From positions 8,772 through 72,771 of the forward strand of contig CAZFRM010000021.1 in the NCBI GenBank assembly GCA_964521255.1: a stretch of DNA of 64,000 nucleotides, given 5' to 3'. The DNA is from an uncultured Roseivirgaceae bacterium. Lineage in GTDB: Bacteria; Bacteroidota; Bacteroidia; Cytophagales; Cyclobacteriaceae. A program made the translations under genes and the position numbers. The notes below the pieces were generated by a model. It searched no databases and was not told where the DNA came from. It was given only the letters and a program-made list of their open reading frames with translations. Below are positions 1-10,404 of the stretch, piece after piece (positions within the stretch are counted from its first letter, which is position 1; each line of letters begins with the position of its first letter).

Positions 1-542
1 CATTTTGTTCAGTGAATTTGGCAGCGTCGATTGCGCATTCCAGGAAAAGGACAGTCTTGATTGATTGTGATATGAGACGACCCCGCGTAGCTTCTTATTT
101 TAAGCTTGAAAACGAACGAGGGCTATCCAGTTATTTGATTGGGGAATGTTCCGTCAAAGAGGTCATCAATGAAACAGGTATCAAAGGCTTTGATGTAATA
201 ACTTCCGGCCCGATTCCACCTAATCCACTCGATTTGATTGGACAACCAAGAATGGAGGAACTCATAAGTGAATTAAAAAAGATGTATGGAACCATTATAA
301 TAGATTCGCCTCCGATTGGATACGTTTCGGAGTATATTATTATAATGAAGTATACTGACGCCAATGTCTATGTTGTGCGATCGGATTATACCACAAAGTA
401 TAATCTTGATAAAATAAACAAGTTATACGATGAAAGAAAGGTTTCCAATTTCAGCATTCTTTTGAACGATGTTAAGTATTCACGTCTCAACGGGTATAGC
501 TATAATTATAAATACAAAAATAAAAAATACAAAGTGATTTAG
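1..542 (+). CDS. C-terminal ATPase domain of a BY-type tyrosine autokinase / polysaccharide co-polymerase (Wzc/EpsB-like); 5' end lies outside the window
   Basis: The frame is open to the left edge. 'RKRTVLIDCDMRRP' and 'TIIIDSPPIGY' match the Walker A'/B-like motifs of CpsD/Wzc kinases. The tail 'YSRLNGYSYNYKYKNKKYK' is Tyr-rich. Confidence 0.85.
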   Translation, partial: FCSVNLAASIAHSRKRTVLIDCDMRRPRVASYFKLENERGLSSYLIGECSVKEVINETGIKGFDVITSGPIPPNPLDLIGQPRMEELISELKKMYGTIIIDSPPIGYVSEYIIIMKYTDANVYVVRSDYTTKYNLDKINKLYDERKVSNFSILLNDVKYSRLNGYSYNYKYKNKKYKVI

Positions 543-598
543 CTTCTTCTGATTTACCTTTTGCAACAGGAATCAATTTTTTCAAAATTACTTCATAA

Positions 599-1606
599 AT
601 GTCTTTGATAAGCCATCAGATCGAATTTGACACCGGTACGGTTAAGCCTCTTAACACACCAATTCTCTTTTTGATTTTTAACCGGCCTGACACAACAAGG
701 GCAGTTTTTGAAGAAATACGAAAAGCCAGACCAAAAAAATTGTTCATAGCAGCCGATGGTCCGAGGGTGAATAAACCTGGTGAAACCGAACGGTGTGAAG
801 AAGCGCGCAAAGTTGCTACTCTTGTTGATTGGCCTTGTGAAATGCACACGTTGTTGAGAGAAGAAAATTTAGGTTGTGGTCGGGCCGTCTCTGGTGCTAT
901 CTCGTGGTTCTTTGACCATGTTGAGGAAGGGATAATTCTGGAAGATGACACGCTCCCGTCACAAGATTTTTTCCGGTTTTGTTCGGAGATGCTCGAATAT
1001 TATCGCTACGATACCAGGGTTTGGGAAGTTAGCGGCTCCTGTTTGCCAAGTACTCTTGCAGGTCGTAGTGAGTTCTCCTATTTTTTTTCAAACTGGGACT
1101 ATATCTGGGGCTGGGCGACTTGGAAACGTGCATGGAAACACTATGACTATGAAATTAAGACTTACAAATTAATAATGGACAAAGGCTACTTTCACTCAAA
1201 TTATACTTCGTTATACGAAGCATACTCTATGAAACACGCCTATGACAAAGCATACTATCGAAATAAAGAAGTGACATGGTGGAGTTATCAATGGGGTTTT
1301 GTTCGTAAGATAAACTCAGGATTGGTCGCCGTCCCCACAAATAACATGGTAATCAATCTGGGACTTGGAAACAATGCAACCAATACTACGAGTGACGAAA
1401 GGTGGAGTTTTTTGAAATTAGAACAAATTGAATTCCCGCTTAGACACCCTTGGTTTGTAATGCACGACAGAATCACGGATGATGAAGTGTTTAGAAAATA
1501 CATGACGAGTCCATTTTCGCGAATGAAAGCACAAGTGAAACGAGTAGCTGAGAACTTGGGGTTAGGGAAGGGGTATGAGCTTATGGCAAGGGCCTTAAAA
1601 AGATAG
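599..1606 (+). CDS. GT-A fold nucleotide-diphospho-sugar transferase-like protein (HlpA-like glycosyltransferase)
   Basis: 335-aa ORF. The N-terminal 'PILFLIFNRPDTTRAVFEEIRKARPKKLFIAADGPR ... GCGRAVSGAISWFFDHVEEGIILEDD' pattern is typical of this GT-A family. It sits in polysaccharide-locus context. Confidence 0.55.
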   Translation: MSLISHQIEFDTGTVKPLNTPILFLIFNRPDTTRAVFEEIRKARPKKLFIAADGPRVNKPGETERCEEARKVATLVDWPCEMHTLLREENLGCGRAVSGAISWFFDHVEEGIILEDDTLPSQDFFRFCSEMLEYYRYDTRVWEVSGSCLPSTLAGRSEFSYFFSNWDYIWGWATWKRAWKHYDYEIKTYKLIMDKGYFHSNYTSLYEAYSMKHAYDKAYYRNKEVTWWSYQWGFVRKINSGLVAVPTNNMVINLGLGNNATNTTSDERWSFLKLEQIEFPLRHPWFVMHDRITDDEVFRKYMTSPFSRMKAQVKRVAENLGLGKGYELMARALKR

Positions 1607-1637
1607 CCCATGAAAAACACTGCTAATATCTAAGGTT

Positions 1638-2948
1638 TTGTATAAAAAAGATATCATCAATTTTCTCTTCGTTAGTAGCTTCCCAATATTAGGGTTGGGA
1701 TTTTATGTTCAAGGCAAAATGAGCCCGACCCTTGGAAGCTTTATTTCAATTTTTCCATTTGTTATCATTATTCTCTTTTATCTCATTGACCTTATTTACC
1801 GCAAGGAATTTGAAATAAAGATCAATAAAAAGTATTTTCTGGTTCTTGCTTTTTTAATATCAACTGCTCTTTCCTATTTTATTTCGTTGAAAAAAGGTTA
1901 TCCTCCACTTTCCGCCTCTCTGACTGTAGGTAGAGTACTTCAGGTGTTCCTACCTTTTCATGCCTTCATGGTACTGTACATATACAACTTTAATAGTAAG
2001 AAAGTTATACCTAAACTCACCTTAATAGGCCTGAGTCTTTTGTTGTTTATTAATGTGTTCGGTTTCTTTGTTTTGGGGTTGAGCAATATGACCCATAGTA
2101 TCGAGGGGAGAATTAATTTTCCCTTTCTTGATTCATTTTACAGTGGAGCCGGTATTTTATGTGTCATCGACCTTATGTTGCTTTACTATATGAAGCAAAT
2201 AAAAGATGATCCGGTAAGATTTACAGGACTACTAACCTATTTCCTTTTGAATTTAGTATTCTTGTTTTATATCAACTCCAGGCTCATGACCTTGATATTC
2301 CTTGCTGTTGGATTACCTTTTTTACTCAATAGAGGGTTTAAATCAAATCTGATCTATTTCATATCGCTGTTCACACTTCCCATTCTCCTTAATTCAACCG
2401 AGTTAATTTACGATGTTTTAAGCCATCCGATATTTGAAGCTATACTGCAGCGTGTTGACATGAGAGATGTGATGACGTTCAATGGGAGATCGGATTTGTG
2501 GCAAGCCACTATTGATTGGATGATAGATGATCAACGTGGTTTGGTGTTTGGAAATGGTTATATGGGGCAATATTTTTTAAGGTTGGTAGACGATGTCGCT
2601 TTACGTTGGCAGGTTTATCCGTTTAACCTTCATCTGCATAGCACCTCACTTCAAATTTTAATGTCGCAGGGTTTAGTTGGCTCGATTCTTATATTTGTTA
2701 TTTTTTACCAAATGTTCATCTTCTTTCGAAGAAAGTACCAAGACAAAAGTGAGGGTGGTCTCTTTCTTCCTGTCATTGTATTTATGCTTTTTATTTTGCA
2801 GGTTGATCTATTTGTTTATGTGATTGGTGCTGGCGGTGTGGTGTTTTCATTGATGGCCGCCTGGCTTGTGATGGGAGAAAGAAAAGAAAAGGACAAAAGC
2901 GCTTTATATAACAAAGAAACATCACTTGAGACTGTTGATGTAGAATAG
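1638..2948 (+). CDS. O-antigen polymerase/ligase-family polytopic membrane protein (Wzy-like)
   Basis: 436 aa and very hydrophobic, with roughly 10 or more predicted TM segments and a large loop 'RVDMRDVMTFNGRSDLWQATIDW...GNGYMG'. It lies between GT and modification genes. TTG start at 1638, so the start is uncertain. Confidence 0.7.
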   Translation: MYKKDIINFLFVSSFPILGLGFYVQGKMSPTLGSFISIFPFVIIILFYLIDLIYRKEFEIKINKKYFLVLAFLISTALSYFISLKKGYPPLSASLTVGRVLQVFLPFHAFMVLYIYNFNSKKVIPKLTLIGLSLLLFINVFGFFVLGLSNMTHSIEGRINFPFLDSFYSGAGILCVIDLMLLYYMKQIKDDPVRFTGLLTYFLLNLVFLFYINSRLMTLIFLAVGLPFLLNRGFKSNLIYFISLFTLPILLNSTELIYDVLSHPIFEAILQRVDMRDVMTFNGRSDLWQATIDWMIDDQRGLVFGNGYMGQYFLRLVDDVALRWQVYPFNLHLHSTSLQILMSQGLVGSILIFVIFYQMFIFFRRKYQDKSEGGLFLPVIVFMLFILQVDLFVYVIGAGGVVFSLMAAWLVMGERKEKDKSALYNKETSLETVDVE

Positions 2949-2977
2949 GAGATTAAGATTTCATTATCATAGAACGT

Positions 2978-3982
2978 ATGCAGAAAATTGCGAAAGATGG
3001 AGTGGTTATGTTATCTCGGCTTTTGGGTTTTACAGGCTTGAGGAAGCTTCTTCAGCGTGATATTTATGTGATTAACTATCATAGCATTAAGGGAATAGAC
3101 GTCGATCCATATATAAAAAACGAGGTTTATCGAACGCAGGAGGAATTTGAGAAGGATATTGTCTTTTATCTGAAGCATTTCAACATCATTAGTGCAGTTG
3201 ATTTAATTGATATTATCAACAACGGAAGGCCTATACAAAAGAATTCTCTCATTCTAACCTTTGATGATGGTTTAAGGGTAAATCTGGATATACATATTCC
3301 GATTTTAAAGAGGCATAATGTTCCAGCTACTTTTTTTTTAAACAGCGCATTTATCGATAACAAAGATTTGCATTTTGCACGGAAAAAGAATCTTATTCTT
3401 CAGAAAATTCACGATGATAAGGCAGACCTTTTGAGCGCATATTTATCAGATCATAAGATGTATAACGGTGAAGTTAGCGCTTCAATAAAAGCTATCAATT
3501 ACCGTGAAAAAGTGCACCTGGAGGAACTGGCAAAAATGCTCAAGATTGATTTCAAGGCTTACCTTTTAGAAAATGCTCCCTATCTTTCTTCGGAGGAAAT
3601 ACGGTGCATTATTGATGAAGGTTTTTTTATCGGTGCGCACAGTATTGATCATCCACGTTATACTGAATTGTCTCTTGAGGAGCAGGTGCATCAAACTGTA
3701 GAGAGTCTGCGATTTGTTACCGAGCGATTCAATCTTACTTACCGGCTGTTTGCCTTTCCTTACGAGGATACAATGTTGACTAAGGAATTTTATAGCAGAA
3801 TTCGCCCATATGTTGATCTGACTTTTGGCACTAAGGGGTTTGTTGACGATTCGATAGATTTTAGTATTCAACGGTCAGAGGTTGAAAGTACCCAGTTACC
3901 TGCTGTAGAAGCTTTGAAATACAGGTTCCTGACATCTTACTCATATGTTCTTTTTAAGGATAAAAAAATCAAGAGATATTGA
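2978..3982 (+). CDS. polysaccharide deacetylase (NodB homology / CE4 family)
   Basis: 'LILTFDDGLRVNLD', 'ATFFLNS' and 'IGAHSIDHP' motifs. Confidence 0.75.
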   Translation: MQKIAKDGVVMLSRLLGFTGLRKLLQRDIYVINYHSIKGIDVDPYIKNEVYRTQEEFEKDIVFYLKHFNIISAVDLIDIINNGRPIQKNSLILTFDDGLRVNLDIHIPILKRHNVPATFFLNSAFIDNKDLHFARKKNLILQKIHDDKADLLSAYLSDHKMYNGEVSASIKAINYREKVHLEELAKMLKIDFKAYLLENAPYLSSEEIRCIIDEGFFIGAHSIDHPRYTELSLEEQVHQTVESLRFVTERFNLTYRLFAFPYEDTMLTKEFYSRIRPYVDLTFGTKGFVDDSIDFSIQRSEVESTQLPAVEALKYRFLTSYSYVLFKDKKIKRY

Positions 3983-4023
3983 TCTGTCGGCGAATTCGTT
4001 CACAAGCATCCCGATAAAAAATA

Positions 4024-5127
4024 ATGGAAATCGAAATCTATACTGTTGATCAGCTAAGCAGAGCGTTATTAGATAAAAAGTTTTGGTTTCAGAATGTTGC
4101 TCCCATAACCAAACACAGAGCTCAGTTTGTAATAAACAATCCCCGGTCAGAAAAAGAGGATCCTGTTTTATTTATTGCAAAAGAGGAAGATGAAATTATT
4201 GGTTTTAGATTAGTATTTCCGGATAAAGTTTTTGTGAATAATCACGTTATCAAAATAGGGTGGGGGTCTTCTTTTTGGGTAAATGACAAGTACAGAGGCA
4301 AGGGAATAGGCCGTGCGCTCTTTGAAAGAAGTTTAGAACTCTGGAAAGGAAATATCGGTTCGCTGGTTCAATCTAAGGATGCTGCCAGAGTTTATGAGGG
4401 CAATCCGAATTTTTATTGCTTCAGGCAGTCAGAGGGGTATCAATTCATCATAAAATTGAATTTATACTATTGGATAAGGAAACGGGTTGATTTACCAAGA
4501 CTGTTTAGTTTTGTCTTTTCAGTTGCCGGTATTCCGGTGAATACTGCGTTGGGCCTGCTGAAACTAAAGTGGTTGTATGTTAAAAAGCCAAACCGTGATT
4601 TGAATCTCGAATATTGCCTCGAAATATCGGATAGTGAGACCACAGAATTTGTTAGGAATCATAACAAGCATTCGTTACTTCAAAAGGAAGTGAGGGATAT
4701 TAATGCGATTATTAAGTACCCTACCTCAATAGCGACACCGTTAACTGATGTTATTACTTCGCGTTATTTTTTTTCAACGAAGGCCTTACGATTTGAATAT
4801 TTGTATGTTAAACTGTATGATAAAAGGAACGATGTTAGCGGTTTGTTGTTGATGAACATAGAAGGCAATGAAATGAAATTGTTGTACTATTTCTATAGAT
4901 CGGAAGACGTGCTGAACAGGATCTTTGATGTCTTTCTATTACATGCGGTCAAATTAGATATTGAAATCGTTTCAACCTACGACGATATTTTTATTGACTA
5001 CTTAAAAAAAAGATCTGGCTTTCCATTCTTATATAGTAGACAAAGGAAAAGAAAATCCTTTTTACCCAATCATTTCAAAGCGTATAACCTTGAGGGTTGT
5101 AAGATTTTCGACGGTGATGGAGCCTAG
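4024..5127 (+). CDS. GNAT-family acetyltransferase-like protein
   Basis: Acetyl-CoA binding-type motif 'YRGKGIGRALFERSLE' within a 367-aa ORF. Confidence 0.55.
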   Translation: MEIEIYTVDQLSRALLDKKFWFQNVAPITKHRAQFVINNPRSEKEDPVLFIAKEEDEIIGFRLVFPDKVFVNNHVIKIGWGSSFWVNDKYRGKGIGRALFERSLELWKGNIGSLVQSKDAARVYEGNPNFYCFRQSEGYQFIIKLNLYYWIRKRVDLPRLFSFVFSVAGIPVNTALGLLKLKWLYVKKPNRDLNLEYCLEISDSETTEFVRNHNKHSLLQKEVRDINAIIKYPTSIATPLTDVITSRYFFSTKALRFEYLYVKLYDKRNDVSGLLLMNIEGNEMKLLYYFYRSEDVLNRIFDVFLLHAVKLDIEIVSTYDDIFIDYLKKRSGFPFLYSRQRKRKSFLPNHFKAYNLEGCKIFDGDGA

Positions 5128-5138
5128 GTAGGTATTTT

Positions 5139-6494
5139 CTAACGAAGGTTTGATAAATTCTTTAAGCTCCGCGCCAGACTGAAGAAGTTAAACGATCGGG
5201 TTAAGGAAATGAACATCGACCTGCCCTTAGGTATTAACAACAAACTGAAATAGTTGGCAAACGAATAGGAAATAAGCGTTGCTATCGCTGCGCCATTTAA
5301 GCCGATAGCTTTAATCAATACGTAACCCAGTACGATGTTCATTACGCCGGCTATTATCAGGCAAAACATTCTGAATTTCTGAAGGTTCTCAATAATGATC
5401 CAGTTGCTATTGGCTATTCCCATGGATGTAAATACACCGGACCAAACATAAAGAGACATTATATCCGCACTACGAGAATACGCTTCGCCAAAAAGTGAAG
5501 TGACAAATGTATGTGAGAAAATCGTCAACGGCAGCGCTACGGAAACTGAAATTATCATTATTAGGTTATACAACTGCTGCAAACGGTCTAAGTATAACTT
5601 TTCGTTGTGCTTCTTTGAATTTACCAAAGAAGGAAATACTGAAGTACAAATAGCTATTGGTATAAAATACCACATTTCACTTAGCCGGACACAAACTCCA
5701 TAATAACCAGCGGCTTCGTTGCCTAACATCCACTTAACCATGAGTTGGTTGAATTTCATATACGCTGTGATCGCCAAACCTGAGAAGATCAGGGGCCATG
5801 ATGTTTTCAATAAGTACTTGGCAATTAATAAATCAAACTTCCACTTGAATATTCCATTTGAATTCTTTTCATAGAAATAGACAAGACCGACACCAATTAT
5901 AAAATAGTCGAGGGAAGTGGCGATAGCGAACATCGGTAACGAGGCTTCTCCTAACACAAGGATAATCCTTATGGTTGAAACAGCGATCAATGCAATCATC
6001 TGGCTGATCACGATATACTTTGATAGTACCTTTGATTTGAAGTGAAATTCTATTATTCCAAATACTTGCCCTATGATTCCAAACCCAATAATGTAAATCA
6101 AAATTCGTGTGGTTAGATCCTGACTGGTGAATTGCACTATAATGGCAAGTAAGATGCAGACCAAGATCGCGGAGATCAGTCTCAGTGTAAACGCTGTACC
6201 TAACAATACATCCTGTTTGTCCTCATCTTTGACCAATTCCCGGATTAAGATTGTATCCAGGCCTAGAATGGCGACAGTTGAAACCAGACCAACGAAGCTT
6301 ATAACATAATTTAGGAGTCCATATTGCTCGGGCCCCAGAAATCGTGCAACATATGCCCCAATGAGTATTCCCGCAATTAGCCGCAAAACCTTTTCCATAA
6401 AAATCCACCCGGTATTGGACAAATACTTTCTAAATCCGGGATGGGAAATAACTGTTCGAACCCTCTTGTTGACCTGTTGTAGCTGCGTTATCAA
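5139..6494 (-). CDS. Wzx-type polysaccharide flippase (MOP superfamily)
   Basis: 451 aa with roughly 12-14 hydrophobic helices. The N-terminal 'NTGWIFMEKVLRLIAGILIGAYVARFLGPEQYGLLNY' is typical of polysaccharide biosynthesis (PST) flippases. Confidence 0.8.
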   Translation of the reverse strand: MITQLQQVNKRVRTVISHPGFRKYLSNTGWIFMEKVLRLIAGILIGAYVARFLGPEQYGLLNYVISFVGLVSTVAILGLDTILIRELVKDEDKQDVLLGTAFTLRLISAILVCILLAIIVQFTSQDLTTRILIYIIGFGIIGQVFGIIEFHFKSKVLSKYIVISQMIALIAVSTIRIILVLGEASLPMFAIATSLDYFIIGVGLVYFYEKNSNGIFKWKFDLLIAKYLLKTSWPLIFSGLAITAYMKFNQLMVKWMLGNEAAGYYGVCVRLSEMWYFIPIAICTSVFPSLVNSKKHNEKLYLDRLQQLYNLIMIISVSVALPLTIFSHTFVTSLFGEAYSRSADIMSLYVWSGVFTSMGIANSNWIIIENLQKFRMFCLIIAGVMNIVLGYVLIKAIGLNGAAIATLISYSFANYFSLLLIPKGRSMFISLTRSFNFFSLARSLKNLSNLR

Positions 6495-6845
6495 ACGATT
6501 TATTAACTAATTAAAGGGCGCAATGGTGTGTTTAAATTATGATCAACTAATAAATGCAAGCTTTAGTGAAAATATGGTAGTTATCGCGACCTTGTCTTCT
6601 TATGTGCTTGGGAAAAATCTCTTTTGCACAAGGTACCTGGTTTTGTGATTCGTTTGCAATGATATGCGTCTGACACTTCCATGATTTTGGTTTTAGTTTG
6701 AGTTTGAGTAGTGACAGATACTTTAGTGAGTGTTGGTTCAGAGTCTTCAGAGAATTCTAATTTTTCTGAATTGGAAACTCACAACCGGTTGATCCCAACG
6801 CTTGGAAGTCGCCGACGTAATCATGAAGTTTAAATTTTGATAAGG

Positions 6846-6911
6846 TACGCCCTCCACGCCTCAGCGCATGCCTGCCCGCGACCGGCCAGTGAGAGCAGGT
6901 AGGGGTGCAAG
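6846..6911 (-). repeat. GC-rich ~66-nt element, copy A (related to 34546..34615)
   Basis: The reverse complement reads CTTGCACCCCTA ...36 nt... GCAGGCATGC. Copy B reads CTTGCCCCTA ...37 nt... GCAGGAATGC. It forms a local GC island in an AT-rich intergenic region. Confidence 0.35.
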
Positions 6912-7130
6912 AAGATATTTATGAAAGTGAAAGATAAACTCATCTTCCGTGGAAGGGGAGTCAACAAAGGACCGCCAGATACATCACCCAAAAATTATGG
7001 CAGGGTCTGACGGTGACGGGCTAACGCTTGTTCTGCTAAATAATTAATCCTATTTTTATCCTCTGCCTGTAATGTGAAGATGAAGTGTAGCACAAATTCC
7101 ATAGATTCCGCTAGTCGTCGATGAGTCTAT

Positions 7131-8096
7131 ATGTGTGGTGATTTTTCCATGGTGCGATATGAAGGAGGAAAGGCGGATGAATGTTTAAACCAAATCAGCA
7201 ACCCAATGAATACTGGAACAGACTTTCACCTGGTAAGTTATGAACTTCACAAGAAGTGTTTTGAGGATGACGGTCCAGGAAATACGCATTATGATACCTG
7301 GTTTGACGACACGACGGTCGACTACTGGCGCCATATGCGGATGATGGAGCCAGCCTATCCGTTATTGGAATGGAAAAAATGGCTTACGGTCGGTGATGGC
7401 CGTTGGGGATTGGATTCTATTCGGTTAAAGAAGGTAAATCCATCTATTTCTATCCTCCCGACGGACCTGTCGGAAAATCTTTTGCGCAAATCTCATGGGC
7501 GCGGCTTGATTGAAGACTACTCTGTTGAGAATGCTGAGTCACTAAGCTTTAATGATAATGAGTTTGACGTGGCCCTTTGTAAGGAATCATTCCATCACTT
7601 TCCAAGGCCTTTTTTGGCGCTATACGAGATGCTTCGAGTATCTCGAAAGGCGGTAGTTCTTGTCGAGCCAAACGACCAACTGCCAAGACCTCCCGTACGA
7701 CGTATATTGGAATCGTTATTGATCAAATTTAAGCTTCGGAAGCCGCATGTTGATTCAAACTTTGAAAAGATTGGTAATTACGTTTATACAATCTCTAAGC
7801 GGGAATTGCAAAAGGCGGCCACCGCCATTCAACTTCCCCTGGTTGCTTTCCACGAATTCGATGATCATTATATAGATGGAGTAGAATTTGAAAAGCGTGC
7901 CGACAATGGGCCACTTCAAAAAAGGATAAAGAGATTTTTGTGGTTGGGGAAATGGAAGGCGAGACTTGGTTTAAGAAGACAAAGTCACATGGTGGCTATT
8001 CTTTTCAAGGTTATGCCGAGTGACGATATGATCTGTAAACTTAAGGGTGGTGGGTTTACAGTAGTCCCGATTCCAAAGAATCCCTATTTGAAGTAG
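7131..8096 (+). CDS. class I SAM-dependent methyltransferase
   Basis: 'WLTVGDGRWGLDS' (motif I-like) and 'FDVALCKESFHHFPRPFLALYEMLRVSRKAVVLVEPND'. The true start may be an internal Met. Confidence 0.7.
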   Translation: MCGDFSMVRYEGGKADECLNQISNPMNTGTDFHLVSYELHKKCFEDDGPGNTHYDTWFDDTTVDYWRHMRMMEPAYPLLEWKKWLTVGDGRWGLDSIRLKKVNPSISILPTDLSENLLRKSHGRGLIEDYSVENAESLSFNDNEFDVALCKESFHHFPRPFLALYEMLRVSRKAVVLVEPNDQLPRPPVRRILESLLIKFKLRKPHVDSNFEKIGNYVYTISKRELQKAATAIQLPLVAFHEFDDHYIDGVEFEKRADNGPLQKRIKRFLWLGKWKARLGLRRQSHMVAILFKVMPSDDMICKLKGGGFTVVPIPKNPYLK

Positions 8097-8189
8097 ATTC
8101 GACTTGATCTGACAGTTGGTTAACTTAGCAGTGCAATCCAATAAGTTAAACCCTCTTAAACCGTCAGAATTGAGAACAGAAACAAAGCT

Positions 8190-8720
8190 AATCAAAACCA
8201 AATTAGGTCTTACCAATTTAGCTGGACATTAAGGTAATGTCACCCAGGCATGTCCCATGATGGGCTATTCCCGCGACACCTTCCATAGATCAAAGAACTG
8301 TATGAAATCGGTGACGAACTGGCTTTGAAGGAAGTCAATCGCAGGAAGCAATTCCGAAGAATCGCGTGGAGCCAGAAGTCGACCAAACCGTTGTTGAGAT
8401 GGCGAGTTCGTCAAGTCAGGTTTTTCCATTTTCAGCACGAAAAGAATTGTCAAACATAAGGTAATGTACTATCCGTAAGTGAACTTTGTTTCGTTTGATA
8501 ATTTTTACAGAAGGCGATTGCTCCAGGTAGATGTAGAATAATCGCTGAAGAGTATCAATAGAAAGTCCACTAACTAACACGGCTAAGTGTTCTATAAGTT
8601 TGACGTTCCAATATCCATTTTCTAAACCACACAAATCTAAACGTTGTTCCCGGTCCGTTACGTGTGAAATGAATACCAATAATTCTTGCAATTGAAGCGC
8701 TGTTTCGTGGTTTGAATTCC
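8190..8720 (+). pseudogene. degraded IS481-like transposase/integrase N-terminal region (HTH part), with multiple stops and frameshifts
   Basis: A three-frame mosaic reads 'TKLGLTNLAGH*GNVTQACPMMGYSRDTFHRSK / ELYEIGDELALKEVNRRK / NRVEPEVDQTVVEMA'. This follows the N-terminal pattern of Bacteroidota IS481-type transposases as I recall it (approximately ..LAGHLGNVS.AC..MGYSRD.FYR.KELYE.GGE.AL.E.SR.KP..KNRV.PEVE..VV..A; written from memory, not checked against a reference). No intact frame remains. Confidence 0.5.
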
Positions 8721-8954
8721 CCAACGGATTACATCCAAACTACCAGATGCCAACAGCGTTTTTTTAGAGTTTTCATAAACAAAATAAAGTTTATTTTTCA
8801 GTATTATGCCAAACATAACCTGTCTGAAATGTAGACGAACTCGTTGTTAAATTTTGAGAAAAATAATTTGAAATAGGGCTATCTGAGCTTCACCCGATCT
8901 AGCCTCAATGTAACAGTCAGAATACGATTCATTTTAAGCGCAAATACTTAATAA

Positions 8955-10388
8955 TTATTCCGCAGAATAGAGCCAGGCTTCTTGGAAAAGGTTTTTCAAC
9001 CGATATTGATTTCTAGCCTTTCTGGCCTCTTCAAGGTCAAAGCTTGAGAAAATGTAAACGTAGTACAGTTTCTTTTTCGGATTAAGCGAAACATCAGCTG
9101 AATATCCCTTCGCTCTTATTGAACGCGCATATCTTGTTGCATTATTCATCGTGCTGAACGCTCCTACCACTACATAATGTCCTTTTGAGAGCGTGAAAGA
9201 CTTCGCAGGGTGAGTTGTAGTCTTTTCAACCTCTGGCACTTCTGAGATAGCCATAGCGACATCCTCCACGTCATTAAAACTTGTTTCGGCAGGAGTAGTG
9301 ATGGCTTGATCTAACGCTCTCGATTCGGTTAGAGCCGTTGTAGATTCTTCTGTTACTTTCTCTTCTGTGACCTGTTCATTCTCTTGTTGTTCTAGCGGCT
9401 GATCCTTCGTTTGCGGTCTAACTACCTTGGCATTGGCCATTGAAGATGTCTTTCTAAGAGGACCCTTCACAAGCGCCCGCGATTTTTTATTACCAAACCG
9501 GATTCCTAAATGCAGCTCATGTGAACTCGTTGAAGATAGATCACTATCAAACGATGGCATTTCATAGCTATAGCTAAACCTGAATTTATCCAATACATTC
9601 ATACCCAGGAAGAGACCCAGGCCACTATCCTGATTGTAGCTGACGCCCGTCCATAGTATATCTTTGTAATAAACCATAGTAGCGGCTTCCCATGAATCTT
9701 GCAAGCCATCTTCACTTTGACGATATAGAACATAAGGTTCCATTGAGAAATTTTCCATTAAGCCAACATTGAACCGGTAGCTTACGGAGTAAAGCCTGTT
9801 CTTCAGATTTGATAATGAGAATTTATTAAAAGCCTCTGCGTTAAATGGATCTGACTTGAATATTTCTGTCAAGGCAAACCCAACACGTAAACCTTTATTG
9901 GTGTATAGCACTCCGAAATTCCCATCAACGTAAGTGTTATTATTGGCAGCGCTTACAATAGCGGGATCGTTGAGATTAATTCCTTCTGATGTCAGGTCGA
10001 GCTTATTGGTTCCAACCCCTGCTGACAGACCGAATCTAATGGTCTCATTTTCGGTAATGGGCACAACATACCCAAAGGTTCCCATGAATGTATTGTTGGT
10101 AAGCAAAACCTGCTGATCATTCATTATGTTCAAGCCTAATGAAACTCTACCCATAGTAGGATATTGCAGACTTACTCCGGTGGTGACAGGGGCATCCTTA
10201 AAATTGATCCACTGCTTACGATAAACCACATTAAGCTCAGGCTGATCGTTAATCGCTACATAAGCAGGGTTAAATAAATAGGGATTAAAAGCAAACTGCC
10301 TGTAAAAGGGTCCTGGCGTTTGGCCAAAAGAAACAGTCGTGATTAAAGCAAGCAAGACAAGGACTAAAAGGTTTTTTTTCATCAGCAC
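8955..10388 (-). CDS. T9SS PorP/SprF-family outer-membrane protein with an E/T/Q-rich linker and a C-terminal SPOR-like domain
   Basis: Signal peptide. 'FYRQFAFNPYLFNPAYVAINDQPELNVVYRKQWINF' is the PorP/SprF signature. The C-terminal 'GHYVVVGAFSTMNNATRYARSIRAKGYSADVSLNPKKKLYYVYIFSSFDLEEARKARNQY' fits the SPOR beta-alpha-beta-beta pattern. It lies 16 nt downstream of the type B CTD cargo gene. Confidence 0.85.
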   Translation of the reverse strand: MLMKKNLLVLVLLALITTVSFGQTPGPFYRQFAFNPYLFNPAYVAINDQPELNVVYRKQWINFKDAPVTTGVSLQYPTMGRVSLGLNIMNDQQVLLTNNTFMGTFGYVVPITENETIRFGLSAGVGTNKLDLTSEGINLNDPAIVSAANNNTYVDGNFGVLYTNKGLRVGFALTEIFKSDPFNAEAFNKFSLSNLKNRLYSVSYRFNVGLMENFSMEPYVLYRQSEDGLQDSWEAATMVYYKDILWTGVSYNQDSGLGLFLGMNVLDKFRFSYSYEMPSFDSDLSSTSSHELHLGIRFGNKKSRALVKGPLRKTSSMANAKVVRPQTKDQPLEQQENEQVTEEKVTEESTTALTESRALDQAITTPAETSFNDVEDVAMAISEVPEVEKTTTHPAKSFTLSKGHYVVVGAFSTMNNATRYARSIRAKGYSADVSLNPKKKLYYVYIFSSFDLEEARKARNQYRLKNLFQEAWLYSAE

Positions 10389-10404
10389 TTTTCAAATAAA
10401 ATTT

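Noticed and set aside
8265-8724. Minus-strand ORFs 8265..8453 and 8416..8724 as hypothetical genes.
   Set aside because: They lie antisense to the recognisable, though decayed, IS481-like transposase reading frames. They have no recognisable family features and overlap each other.
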